IMG/VR virus record: IMGVR_UViG_3300035158_000384
Location: 1-64,000 of that record
Direction: 5' to 3' (one strand)
DNA from: a virus
Length of the DNA stretch: 64,000 bases
Shown: piece by piece, positions 35,057-44,048 of the stretch
Layout: every line of letters begins with the position of its first letter
Numbering within the stretch: position 1 is the first letter of the stretch
Notes under the pieces: generated by a model
What the model was told of the DNA's origin: nothing
What the model saw: only the letters and a program-made list of their open reading frames with translations
Databases searched by the model: none
Position numbers and translations under genes: made by a program

Positions 35057-35728
35057 ATGTTCGAGATTCACATGCACGACGCCGTTAGACTCGCGGAAAC
35101 CGAACTGGACCGTGAGGACGACTACTTGGTGTACTGCGGATTCTACGGGTTCGGCGGGGCGCGGGTTCTGCCGTCGTACTCGGAGTTTACCTTCGAAGCC
35201 CTCACCGAACTCGCTCGCGAACTGCGGGACGATATATTCTGGCAGGAAGCGTATAACTGCGGCATGCCGGAGCTTATCGTCGAACGTCTGCGGGATCAGG
35301 TCTTCGACGCTCACCCCAACTACCCCACCAAGGCCCTCGATCTCTCCGCGAACCTCGCCAAGGCAGGCGTGGACCATTTTGTGGAATCGGACGGCTTGAT
35401 AGGGTTCAGAGAGGGTGAAGAAATACACACCTACCCGGTGGACATCCCCGATCTCGACCGCAAACTCTCGCACAGCCGTGCAACATTTGGGTCCGCTCTG
35501 CGCATGTACCCGCCCGAAGTCTACGGGCACGGTGTGGTGTCGCTCCATTTCTATCGGGAGACCACGCAATTCGTCTCCAAAACCGGACCTTATGTCCAAA
35601 TCTTCACCGAGCGGATACTGGACAAGGGGGTCAAGCTTCCGAAGAACACGGAACTTGCCTTGTCTACAGGCACGGATTTGGACAACATCGAAATGGAGGG
35701 GGATGAAATCCGATTGTGGCCGATGTAA
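35057..35728 (+). CDS. hypothetical protein
   Basis: 223-aa ORF, AAGGA RBS, ends at terminator. Confidence 0.75.
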   Translation: MFEIHMHDAVRLAETELDREDDYLVYCGFYGFGGARVLPSYSEFTFEALTELARELRDDIFWQEAYNCGMPELIVERLRDQVFDAHPNYPTKALDLSANLAKAGVDHFVESDGLIGFREGEEIHTYPVDIPDLDRKLSHSRATFGSALRMYPPEVYGHGVVSLHFYRETTQFVSKTGPYVQIFTERILDKGVKLPKNTELALSTGTDLDNIEMEGDEIRLWPM

Positions 35729-35736
35729 TCGACACA

Positions 35737-35780
35737 AAAGAACCCCGCGGGAGCCTTGTTTGCACCTGCGGGGTTCTTTT
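35737..35780. terminator. bidirectional terminator
   Basis: AAAAGAACCCCGCGGG...CCTGCGGGGTTCTTTT between convergent genes. Confidence 0.85.
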
Positions 35781-35784
35781 GCGG

Positions 35785-36339
35785 TTACTCACTGAGAAGG
35801 TGGAGACTGTCGTGCCGCTCCAAGTGCGTCTCCAATTTCTCCAAACTTCGGAAAATGAACACGTTGTAAACACCACCCGCTACGATGGACCACTTGTGGA
35901 TGTAAATTACAAAGTCATCCACACCGTCGTTCTTGTGCCTGCATACGCACTTTTCGAGCTTGCGCGGGTAAGCATTGGCGACCCCAACAGCCTCTTCCCC
36001 AAGTACTTGGCGCGATTTCAACTCGTCAATGGCGCAAAGGGTGGCCCAACCGTCCTCCACCATATGCTCATTGGACTCGTAGACCATCGTGATCAAGTCC
36101 TGCGCCGATGCGCTGACTTTCTGTGGGCTGTGTTGTATGGCTTCGGTTTCCAAACCCTTGGCCGTCGTAAGGATGTAGTCATCCCACATTGCCCAAGTGT
36201 GCTCCTTCCGCCGGGGGTCGAACGCGACGTGTATCAGGTTTGTGTCCGCGGTGGCAAAAGACGTGTGACCTTCCATCCGCAGAAGTTCCCGCAGACGGTC
36301 TTTTGTTGTACAAACGTGTCCTTTCGAGGCATAACGCAT
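35785..36339 (-). CDS. hypothetical protein
   Basis: 184-aa ORF, AGGAG RBS. Confidence 0.65.
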   Translation of the reverse strand: MRYASKGHVCTTKDRLRELLRMEGHTSFATADTNLIHVAFDPRRKEHTWAMWDDYILTTAKGLETEAIQHSPQKVSASAQDLITMVYESNEHMVEDGWATLCAIDELKSRQVLGEEAVGVANAYPRKLEKCVCRHKNDGVDDFVIYIHKWSIVAGGVYNVFIFRSLEKLETHLERHDSLHLLSE

Positions 36340-36378
36340 GGCTCACTCCTTTTGACTGTTCGTCGGGTGTAGTCGCTT

Positions 36379-36906
36379 TTACTTTTTGCTTTTCTTGCTC
36401 TTCTTGGTTTTCTTCGCCTTCTTCGGTTTAGCGTCCTCTTCTCCGTCAGAAACAGTATCGAGCGAAAGGTCCGCACCCTCTGTTTCCGGTTCGGTTACGT
36501 AGGACAATTCCCCGAGCATGTACGCCTTCAGGTCCGTATCGCCGGGGTCGATCTTGACGTGGTTCAGAACCGCTTGTGCAACCTGCACCGCTATGTGCTC
36601 CACGTCGTGGTCGCGAAGCATGTGCGGAGGGGAGTAGTACCGTACAGCTTTCCAGATAGCGGGTTGGAGTGTGCGAAAGCGGTACCTGACGTCGTGTTGG
36701 CTCAAATCCTCAAGTATGCGCTGTTCGGTGTAGGGGTTCAGGCAACCGTTGCGGCTCCACGGACGCCACATATCGCTCGTGGGGGCACGCAGTTGGTCGA
36801 TCTTGGCAATGTACTCGTACCCGTGTTCCAACGCCCAAAAAAACAAGGATCGCCCAACCCATAAACGCATGTCGGCCTTGCTGAAAGACATAGTCACTAC
36901 CTCCAA
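36379..36906 (-). CDS. hypothetical protein, Lys-rich tail
   Basis: GGAGG RBS; candidate promoter TTGCGT-17-TAAACT at 36949-36977. Confidence 0.65.
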   Translation of the reverse strand: MEVVTMSFSKADMRLWVGRSLFFWALEHGYEYIAKIDQLRAPTSDMWRPWSRNGCLNPYTEQRILEDLSQHDVRYRFRTLQPAIWKAVRYYSPPHMLRDHDVEHIAVQVAQAVLNHVKIDPGDTDLKAYMLGELSYVTEPETEGADLSLDTVSDGEEDAKPKKAKKTKKSKKSKK

Positions 36907-37039
36907 TGAAAAAACAACCTGTTCAGGTCGATGTCGGTTACTGTGCGCAGTTTAGCACGGTGGGAAGGGTAACGCAAGCCTTTTCACACGCTTGCCCGCG
37001 TCACCCGATGTTTGAATCGTTTGACGTTGTGTCATTATC

Positions 37040-37420
37040 TTACGGCGTGCCCCACATGCTTACGATTTGATCTACTATCTGTCGCAGTTTCCACTCTTCC
37101 CACTCCGACAAAAGTATTTTGGTGGGGGTACTTACCGATATATGTAGGCCCAACTTCATGCCCTCGTCGTTTTGCTCACACGTTTGGATTCGCTCTGTGT
37201 AAGCCTCGACGCGGTCTATTATCTGCTCAATAGTCATTTGTTCGGTATCAGGATCAACAACCAGCAAGGCAAGCTTTTTGCACTCCTGCGCGAGTGTCTC
37301 CGCGCTTGTCCTTATCGTTTGCGGTGTGTATTTTTTTACCCACAGCTTGGTTAGTGTTCCGAAGAGCTTACGAAAACAATGTATGTACTTTTGGACTTGC
37401 TGGTCTGTTATCTTGGCCAC
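37040..37420 (-). CDS. hypothetical protein
   Basis: GAGGAG RBS plus GTG. Confidence 0.6.
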   Translation of the reverse strand: MAKITDQQVQKYIHCFRKLFGTLTKLWVKKYTPQTIRTSAETLAQECKKLALLVVDPDTEQMTIEQIIDRVEAYTERIQTCEQNDEGMKLGLHISVSTPTKILLSEWEEWKLRQIVDQIVSMWGTP

Positions 37421-37421
37421 T

Positions 37422-38024
37422 TCACTCCTCTTTCTCCTCCTCTTTTGCGGAAAGCAGAGGAAAACAAACCGCGGGTAGCCGTCCTTGTTTGATACCCTCA
37501 AAAAGCTTGTTGAAAAGCTGAACCCATTCTTGGTGTTTGGAGCGTTTTTTAAGTTCCGTAACGAAATCCGTCAGGGTAAGCCACTTGTCGTCGTCACCGT
37601 CTGGATAAACTCCTGTTGTCATGTCGATATTCGCGTGTTGCATGAGTGCAAGCAGGAAACCTGTATCGCTAATGGCCATGCCTCCGCTCATGGGCGAATA
37701 GTAGTGACCGGCGATGTAATTGGCAATCGCCTTCGAGATTGTCCGAAAAAGGCCGTTTGTGCCTCCAAACGCCTCAAAGTACGCCTTGAACCTGAAAAAC
37801 GTATCCAGCGCCAACGTGAGGCGTTCTTCGGGGGGTTTTTCGTCGAACCTGTGCCCTCTGAAAGCGGTGTTCAGATTTTCTTCTTCAAAAATCGGGCGCT
37901 CAAGGGTCACTCGTGTTACGCGGTGTGAAGCCGGAAAAGGGCCGTAGACTACCCATTCGTCGTTATTGATCATATTGGAGGTCTCGTAAATGCGCCTCGT
38001 AAGGTCTCTCTTCGTGAGTTTCAC
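37422..38024 (-). CDS. hypothetical protein
   Basis: 200-aa ORF. Confidence 0.65.
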   Translation of the reverse strand: MKLTKRDLTRRIYETSNMINNDEWVVYGPFPASHRVTRVTLERPIFEEENLNTAFRGHRFDEKPPEERLTLALDTFFRFKAYFEAFGGTNGLFRTISKAIANYIAGHYYSPMSGGMAISDTGFLLALMQHANIDMTTGVYPDGDDDKWLTLTDFVTELKKRSKHQEWVQLFNKLFEGIKQGRLPAVCFPLLSAKEEEKEE

Positions 38025-38069
38025 GGATCACTCTCCAAATTTTGGTGTGCTTGGCCTGCAACCAAGGGT

Positions 38070-38489
38070 TCATAGGATGAGGTATTGTAATTCTCCATCC
38101 GTAACCCATTTTACCAACTCAGCGTAGTAAAATGGGTTAATTGTCGGCATCTGCATCGGCAGTACCGACTCCTTGGCCACCATCTCAGAAACCAACTCAG
38201 GGTAATTCTGGACGGCGTACCACACCATAAGGTCCGCCTCGAAAACCTCGGGCAGACCGAGTGCGAACGCAACCCACGGATTGCACCCGCAATCGTACCA
38301 GTCACGGGTGTGACTTTCGGACGTAGACGTGCCTATGATCCACTTCGGGCGGGGCACCCCGGCCATTATGTCTATGGCCGCCTCATACCGCGGTGCGCCC
38401 TCCATTGCGTTTTCGCGAGCGCGGTAAATCAACCTAGTGTCTATCGTTAGGCCAATCACCCTGATTTTGTCCGCGAAAACGTGGAACAT
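38070..38489 (-). CDS. hypothetical protein
   Basis: 139-aa ORF. Confidence 0.6.
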   Translation of the reverse strand: MFHVFADKIRVIGLTIDTRLIYRARENAMEGAPRYEAAIDIMAGVPRPKWIIGTSTSESHTRDWYDCGCNPWVAFALGLPEVFEADLMVWYAVQNYPELVSEMVAKESVLPMQMPTINPFYYAELVKWVTDGELQYLIL

Positions 38490-38491
38490 AT

Positions 38492-38965
38492 TCAGCCCCT
38501 ATCCTGATTGAAGGTTGTAGTGGACAAGGGTAACAACTCTTTCAACCAATTGCCGAGGGCTTCATACTCCTCAATTACATCCTCCTCGAGAAACCGTTTG
38601 TCAAGCTGTCTCTGAACCTCATATTGGAAAGCACCCCCTTCACCCTCCACGATGTTACGGTTCTCAATGACGAAAAGCTCACGGATTGGCATGAATCCAA
38701 ACCCATCCGCGAAAATTTCATCGCTATCGGTGTCGTTGTACAACGAAATTTCCTGCCAATCAACCTGCCCCGTGATTTCAGCCACGAAATACATCTCACA
38801 CATGTTGATCAGCACAACGTCACCCGGCTGAAGGGTGAATAACTGCCCTCGCTCGCTCTCCCAACAGGAATCAGTCTTGCCGGAACGGTAGCGACCTAGA
38901 AATTGGCCGTCTGTCCACTTTGCGGGTGCTCCGTTCCGTGTGGTGGGTTCCACAAGCAAGTGCAT
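38492..38965 (-). CDS. hypothetical protein
   Basis: GAGG RBS before MHLLVEP. Confidence 0.6.
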   Translation of the reverse strand: MHLLVEPTTRNGAPAKWTDGQFLGRYRSGKTDSCWESERGQLFTLQPGDVVLINMCEMYFVAEITGQVDWQEISLYNDTDSDEIFADGFGFMPIRELFVIENRNIVEGEGGAFQYEVQRQLDKRFLEEDVIEEYEALGNWLKELLPLSTTTFNQDRG

Positions 38966-38975
38966 GGCTCGGTCC

Positions 38976-39305
38976 TCAATGTATTGTTTTGGGTAGTACG
39001 GTAAAGAATTTTGCGCGTGCGGGATCGCGCTTTCGTTGCTTGGCCTGTTCAGCCTCTGCCTCTGCACGGCTCTTGAACACCTTTAGATAAGGTGTGCTGT
39101 GCTTACGCACTCCACACTCGACAAGGACATAAACCTTGCCTGTCCGAGGGTTCCTCCTGTCTTCTTCTGAAAGCCCCTGAAAGACGGGACGCTGACCTCT
39201 GCGTGCGAGTGTAATTTGGCGACCGCATGCTTTGCATACGTTGTTTGTAGCCGGTACCAAATTACCGCATCGACATCTTGTGGGTATCCCTATGTCGTTT
39301 GCCAT
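38976..39305 (-). CDS. Zn-ribbon protein
   Basis: CRCG...CKACG; GGGAG RBS. Confidence 0.6.
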   Translation of the reverse strand: MANDIGIPTRCRCGNLVPATNNVCKACGRQITLARRGQRPVFQGLSEEDRRNPRTGKVYVLVECGVRKHSTPYLKVFKSRAEAEAEQAKQRKRDPARAKFFTVLPKTIH

Positions 39306-39325
39306 TGTGTTTTCTCCCATGAAAC

Positions 39326-39378
39326 AAAAAGCACGGGGACGGGTTTGCGGGCAACACGGTGAGGAACCGTCCCCGTGT
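39326..39378 (-). terminator. intrinsic terminator
   Basis: CACGGGGACGG/CCGTCCCCGTG stem plus T5. Confidence 0.65.
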
Positions 39379-39387
39379 ATTGCAACG

Positions 39388-39936
39388 TCACCTCGTCTCG
39401 TGATCCCCCTCGTTCTTGGTTTGATCAGCGCAAGCGGGTGGATACTCCAAAGGACTAGCACCCTTCAGTTTGATGTCGTTGACGATACGCTCACACGACG
39501 TGCGCTTGTCGCACGCTTGACACGTCGGGGAATCCGCGGCGTAATGGTTCAGCGCGTGGAATACGTAACCGCGAGGCGCAAGCGCGAGCAACTGGTCTAC
39601 GAACGGTTCCATGATCTCGGTCGAAGCTTTCAGGACCGCCTTTTCTTCCCCCTCGTACTTCTCGAATACGGCCCCGCTTTTATGCGCTTCAAAAGCGATA
39701 TACAGGGCATCTGGCACACCGACTTGGAGCACAAACATCCCGATTGTTCGGACCAAGCTCAGGTAGACATCCACATAGAGATCAAGCTTTGCCACCTGCA
39801 TATTGGTTTCATCCGCACGCCCTGTCTCAAGCGCGTCCAAGCGTGTCCCACACACCTGTTGCTTCATGTCTTCCAGATGTGTTTGAATCAGGCCGAGTAG
39901 TTTTCTGAATTGGTTTTTTTCTTCGTCGGTCATCAC
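39388..39936 (-). CDS. hypothetical protein
   Basis: 182-aa ORF coupled to upstream gene. Confidence 0.65.
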   Translation of the reverse strand: MMTDEEKNQFRKLLGLIQTHLEDMKQQVCGTRLDALETGRADETNMQVAKLDLYVDVYLSLVRTIGMFVLQVGVPDALYIAFEAHKSGAVFEKYEGEEKAVLKASTEIMEPFVDQLLALAPRGYVFHALNHYAADSPTCQACDKRTSCERIVNDIKLKGASPLEYPPACADQTKNEGDHETR

Positions 39937-40640
39937 GTACCTTTCGGAAACGGTGGAGGTTCAACGAGGTGGCATGCACAAAAGGCGTAAATCGTATTCC
40001 ATTGTGCTTGTGTCAACTTCTCGGCACTCTCGTAGTGAAACACCCCAAAGTGAGGCGCAAAAAGGTCTGTACTCAGGGACACACGCACCCAACCAAGGGA
40101 GTCTGCGGTGGCCTCGGGGTTTTTATCTGTTGGTCTGAGTATTCGGATCAGTTCGCTGTGTTTGCCGTATTTGCACGGGTGGTATTTGCCGTCTGGCGTA
40201 ATATAGCCGCTTCCCGTCGCAAAAGGGTTGTCGTCCTCGTCCTCGTCGGGGAGAGGGGTGTACTCGTCGGGTTCTTCGGGTTGAATTTTGGTATGCACAG
40301 TAGCGGCCCCATACTGTTCCAACAGCGGGCACGTTTTGACGTCGCCCAAGCTCTCACGCGGGTTGTTCTCGAGGTACAAGTTTGCGGCGGCGAAGATGTC
40401 TGCCAGCGCAGGGTAGTCCGCGGGGGGTGTCCAGTCGTCATCGACCACGTCCCACGCACCCTCGCCGTCATCAGCGTACTTTTTCCGCCCGTAAATGACC
40501 TCCAAGCACAGTTCCAGCGGCTGGGGTGGAACTGTGCAGGACAAAACATCGAGTGCGACCGCGAAACGTCCCTCGCGCCAAAGGTCTCTGGCGCACGTCG
40601 TCACACTTTCTCCTTTAATGCTCATGGTTATGGTGTCCAT
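39933..40640 (-). CDS. hypothetical phage protein
   Basis: GYITPDG...H...GWVRV motif. Confidence 0.65.
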   Translation of the reverse strand: MDTITMSIKGESVTTCARDLWREGRFAVALDVLSCTVPPQPLELCLEVIYGRKKYADDGEGAWDVVDDDWTPPADYPALADIFAAANLYLENNPRESLGDVKTCPLLEQYGAATVHTKIQPEEPDEYTPLPDEDEDDNPFATGSGYITPDGKYHPCKYGKHSELIRILRPTDKNPEATADSLGWVRVSLSTDLFAPHFGVFHYESAEKLTQAQWNTIYAFCACHLVEPPPFPKGT

Positions 40641-40651
40641 TACCCCCCCCC

Positions 40652-40996
40652 CTAGTAGTGGATGATCTCGGTCTGCATGAGAGCCTGCGCAAGGTCTCTC
40701 AGCTTGTCCGTGACCTCGACGATGCAACGCACCCGGTCGGCGTCGTCATCGAGCTTGACGTCCACCGTGATGGTGTCCATGTCCGTGCGTCCCATCTTTG
40801 CCATCGAAACCACAGCGGCTTCGGCCTCGGGGTCGTGTAGCGCATCAATGAGGACGCCCACGCACGATTTGCACATGGTGGGCGCTTTGAAGATTGGACG
40901 GTACTTCAGAGGGCGCTCACAGACCTCACACTCTGATTTGTGAAGGCGGACGACCTCGCACCCCAAGTGGGTGATGTTGTTTTCGTCTCTGTACAT
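40652..40996 (-). CDS. hypothetical Zn-finger protein
   Basis: CEVC...CKSC; cassette-type RBS GGAGAAGGGAG. Confidence 0.6.
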   Translation of the reverse strand: MYRDENNITHLGCEVVRLHKSECEVCERPLKYRPIFKAPTMCKSCVGVLIDALHDPEAEAAVVSMAKMGRTDMDTITVDVKLDDDADRVRCIVEVTDKLRDLAQALMQTEIIHY

Positions 40997-41034
40997 TGTA
41001 GTTCTCCCTTCTCCGATTGAAAAAAAAGACTGGG

Positions 41035-41511
41035 TTACTGTTTGGGCCAGCCGGGTTCCCACGTTATCGCGTCTTCGCCCCATGTGCGAGCCACAAGCGC
41101 CGAAGCCTGCGCCGCATCCTCAACGAGGATGTTGCCGTCGTCCGTGAGCCAAACGATGTCAGAACTGCTCGCGACACTCGCAGGGATTGCCGAAATGTCG
41201 AGAGCAACGCTCTCGCGTTCGGGAACGTAGTAGAGCACGAGCACTTCGCCCGTGGTACCCATCTTCTGACCGAACGCGCGGACGATCTGAAGGTCGGTGA
41301 GGTCCATCTGCACAGCGAGGCGGTACACCGTCGCCCGTGTGGTGTCGTCGTCCGTGAAGTGGTTGGCGATCTTGGTGATTTCGTTTACCCGGCTGTCGGG
41401 CTGGGTCTCCGCTTCTGCTCCGCATTTCGGGCAGGTGAGCCGGTCACACTTGTTGTGTATGTAGTGTGATTCACACTCACAATCCCAAAACCCATCGTGT
41501 GTTGTTGGCAT
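41035..41511 (-). CDS. hypothetical protein, N-terminal Zn ribbon
   Basis: WDCEC...YIH...CPKCG; first gene after cassette D. Confidence 0.65.
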   Translation of the reverse strand: MPTTHDGFWDCECESHYIHNKCDRLTCPKCGAEAETQPDSRVNEITKIANHFTDDDTTRATVYRLAVQMDLTDLQIVRAFGQKMGTTGEVLVLYYVPERESVALDISAIPASVASSSDIVWLTDDGNILVEDAAQASALVARTWGEDAITWEPGWPKQ

Positions 41512-41640
41512 CTTGTCTCCCTTCTCCGATTTTGGCCCCTGTTTCCGGTCGAAGCCTTCCACCGTGTTCTATTTCAAGTATACCACACGCTTGACACAAT
41601 GTCAAGCCCTTTTTCAAAAAAATTTCCCCGGTTCCGGGGA
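41509..41640 (-). repeat. promoter-leader cassette copy D
   Basis: TTGACA-17-TATACT, palindromic box, shared leader. Confidence 0.9.
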
Positions 41641-41880
41641 ATCCGCATCGAAAACCGTGCGGAGGGGTGCGGGTGTGCGCACGTCCACATCGAGCGTCTC
41701 GAGCATCATCTGCGGGTGCTTATCCCACAGGGTTAAGAGCATGCGTACCGAGACCGGGGGGAAGTAGTTGCCTTGCTCCCACTCCCGTGCGGCGTTGGAG
41801 CTGATTCCCAACGCACGGCCCAAATCGGTGTAACTCCACCGATACTCGAGCATGAGCCTTCGTATTAGTCCATTCTCCAT
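41614..41880 (-). CDS. Xre/Cro-type HTH regulator
   Basis: WSYTDLGRALGISSNAAREWEQG..P; GGAGG RBS. Confidence 0.8.
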   Translation of the reverse strand: MENGLIRRLMLEYRWSYTDLGRALGISSNAAREWEQGNYFPPVSVRMLLTLWDKHPQMMLETLDVDVRTPAPLRTVFDADSPEPGKFF

Positions 41881-41881
41881 T

Positions 41882-42178
41882 TTACCTCCCGCATCCGGCG
41901 CGACGCATGGCCTGCGTGGGTCCGTGGACATCGAACCACTCGCGTGCCTCTTCACGCGCCTCTTCGAGCCGATCCTCGTCCTCGGAGCACCGCTCGCAGA
42001 GGTATGCGTAATCCTCGGAGCAGTCACATCCGCAGTACGCACAACGGGTTTCGTCCGCTTCCCGCTCCCATGCGCCTGTGGCTTTGGCGTGGCGGGTAAC
42101 GTGGGCATGCGCATGGGAAATGAGTATATCGAGGACTTTCTCCTCGTAGTCTTCCCGTGCGGCGTCGTGAATATCCAT
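41882..42178 (-). CDS. hypothetical Zn-finger protein
   Basis: CAYCG...CERC; cassette-type RBS. Confidence 0.6.
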   Translation of the reverse strand: MDIHDAAREDYEEKVLDILISHAHAHVTRHAKATGAWEREADETRCAYCGCDCSEDYAYLCERCSEDEDRLEEAREEAREWFDVHGPTQAMRRAGCGR

Positions 42179-42200
42179 CTGTTGCTCCCTTCTCCGGTTG

Positions 42201-42227
42201 AAAAGTGGCGGGGGGTTTACCCCCGCC
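42201..42227 (-). terminator. intrinsic terminator
   Basis: GGCGGGGG-TAAA-CCCCCC-GCC hairpin plus ACTTTT. Confidence 0.65.
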
Positions 42228-42247
42228 TGTCGGGTATTGCGGACGGT

Positions 42248-42688
42248 TTATTTCGTGCGACACACCGGCCCGATCCCGAGATCAATCGAGATGGGGTCGG
42301 TGAGCGGGCGGTTGCACCGCAGGCATCGTTTGGCGAGTTTCACGGAGTATTTGGCGGCGTCGAAATGCGGTGATTTGCGCCCCAAAACGAGGGTGGTGAA
42401 CATGTGGGCGAGCTTCTCCCACTTGCTCCACAGCGCCCATCCGTCGCCGTGTCCGCGCCGTGACTTCCATACGGCGACGCGGTCGCCGTTGATGACGAAG
42501 CCGAAACCGGTGTAGTCGGCCTCGTTATCGGGGCCGGTGAGCAACCCGATAACGCGGGAACCGGGCGCGAATTTGGCCTTTTCCGCCTGCGTTCGCACGC
42601 GGAAGGTCCGGTGTTCACCGGTTTCCTCGTTCCTCAGCGTGAAAAACCCGTTGAGGATTCCGGGCGTTTTTGCCGTCGTTTCTTCCAT
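42248..42688 (-). CDS. DUF6011-domain protein
   Basis: CLRCNRPLTDPISIDLGIGPVC; GPDN..DY. Confidence 0.8.
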   Translation of the reverse strand: MEETTAKTPGILNGFFTLRNEETGEHRTFRVRTQAEKAKFAPGSRVIGLLTGPDNEADYTGFGFVINGDRVAVWKSRRGHGDGWALWSKWEKLAHMFTTLVLGRKSPHFDAAKYSVKLAKRCLRCNRPLTDPISIDLGIGPVCRTK

Positions 42689-42810
42689 GTGCTCCCCCTT
42701 CTCCGAAAATCAAAGCTCACCTGAAGCATACCACACGATTGGCCTTGTGTCAAGCGATTTTCCAAAAAAATTTTCGGGGAGCCGGGGAAACGGCATCGGA
42801 AAAGGGGTTT
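42686..42810 (-). repeat. promoter-leader cassette copy E (short leader, palindrome broken)
   Basis: same upstream block as B and C; TTGACA-17-TATGCT. Confidence 0.8.
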
Positions 42811-42973
42811 GTGTCACTTCCTGTGAGGCGCTCGCGGGAGTTTGCGTTGCACAATCTGTGAGCCTGTGCCGGGGCACGGTTTGCCCGCGCAATAATGGTC
42901 GTAAGTACGGAAGTGTTGTGCAATACGCCCATCTGTAGTGATTTTCACCAAACGACCACACCGGGGGCACATC

Positions 42974-43270
42974 TTAGGAACCATCCTCGGATACATCTGG
43001 TATCCCCCTTTCGCCACACAGAATTTCTATGAGGAGCGCTCTGTAGTCATTCAATTGGTCACTTAACCGGTTCAGGTATTTTGGATCGGCCCCGTGCGCG
43101 ACAAGGCCGAGCATACGAAAAGCGATGTGGTCAGCGCATTGCTGTAGTACCAAGTTTTCGCCCTTCGGGTGGTCCTTTATAGACTCTTCAGCCACGTCGA
43201 GGCGTTCGCGGAAGCTCTTGAGCCATTCGTCAAACGGTTCTGGTTTGGACACTTCCTTGCGGTCTGCCAT
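42974..43270 (-). CDS. hypothetical protein
   Basis: 98-aa ORF below promoter TTGACA-17-TAAACT (43310-43338). Confidence 0.6.
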   Translation of the reverse strand: MADRKEVSKPEPFDEWLKSFRERLDVAEESIKDHPKGENLVLQQCADHIAFRMLGLVAHGADPKYLNRLSDQLNDYRALLIEILCGERGIPDVSEDGS

Positions 43271-43347
43271 AATGCCCCCGTAGTTGTGGTTTGGCTTGTT
43301 TTATTTTGCAGTTTAACCTATGGACCGGGTTTTGTCAAGAAAATACA

Positions 43348-43515
43348 ACAAAAAAGTACCCCGGTGGGCTAATCCGGGGTTCTGGAAAGGGCGTCGCGGT
43401 GGTCGACGCCGCTTGGCAGGTTTTATGGAATTACTACACACTTGCGCCTTACACGTCAAGCGTAATTCGGATTTTTCTTGAAAAAGAAGAACCCCGGTGG
43501 GCTGGACCGGGGTTC
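43348..43515 (-). terminator. two near-identical terminators ending the structural operon
   Basis: ACCCCGG-loop-CCGGGGT hairpins with T-tracts at ~43348-43381 and ~43481-43515. Confidence 0.75.
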
Positions 43516-43538
43516 AAGGGGCTGACAGAGATGGCCCG

Positions 43539-43967
43539 CTACTCCGGGGGCTGTGGAGCGGCGGGCTCTGTCGGAAAGGATGAAGGATTTTGTTCTTCCG
43601 CTCCTTCAACGGGAGTTTCCTCTTTGGCTTCTTCCGGGTAGCTGTACTCGGTCGTGGCCTTCAATCTTGTGTCGAGGCGGACCCATGCAATAGATTCCTG
43701 CCCTTGCAGGTTGGTGCGTTCAAAAAATGACCGCAACAAATCTGTCTCGCCTTCCTGAACCTCGAAAACGATCATGTCAACAGGGTCTGCGTCAAGCACA
43801 ACCCGCTTGGGCTGTAACGAGCCAATCCTCTGCATCAGCGTGTAGTACGTCCGCGCTTCACGCCCTGACATACTGACACGTTCAAGGAATACCATAAGGT
43901 CTTGTCGGTCTTGCACGGTCAACAGAATTGCCGGTTTCGGCTTTGCTTCTGCCATACTCGCCTCCAC
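43539..43967 (-). CDS. hypothetical protein with internal duplication
   Basis: FLERVSMSGREA / FFERTNLQGQES repeat. Confidence 0.65.
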   Translation of the reverse strand: MEASMAEAKPKPAILLTVQDRQDLMVFLERVSMSGREARTYYTLMQRIGSLQPKRVVLDADPVDMIVFEVQEGETDLLRSFFERTNLQGQESIAWVRLDTRLKATTEYSYPEEAKEETPVEGAEEQNPSSFPTEPAAPQPPE

Positions 43968-44048
43968 GTTTTTTGAAAGTGTTTTACGGGTAACTCGATA
44001 ACCATACTCTATCGAACTAAGAGCGTTCTGTCAAACACAAATCGCGTT

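Noticed and set aside
40643-40652. G10 tract as a phase-variation switch
   Set aside because: Intergenic and likely serving as the RBS; no evidence of length variation from one sequence
28303-42810. Repeats as IS ends or attachment sites
   Set aside because: No transposase or integrase in the window; the repeats are explained by promoter, leader and RBS content
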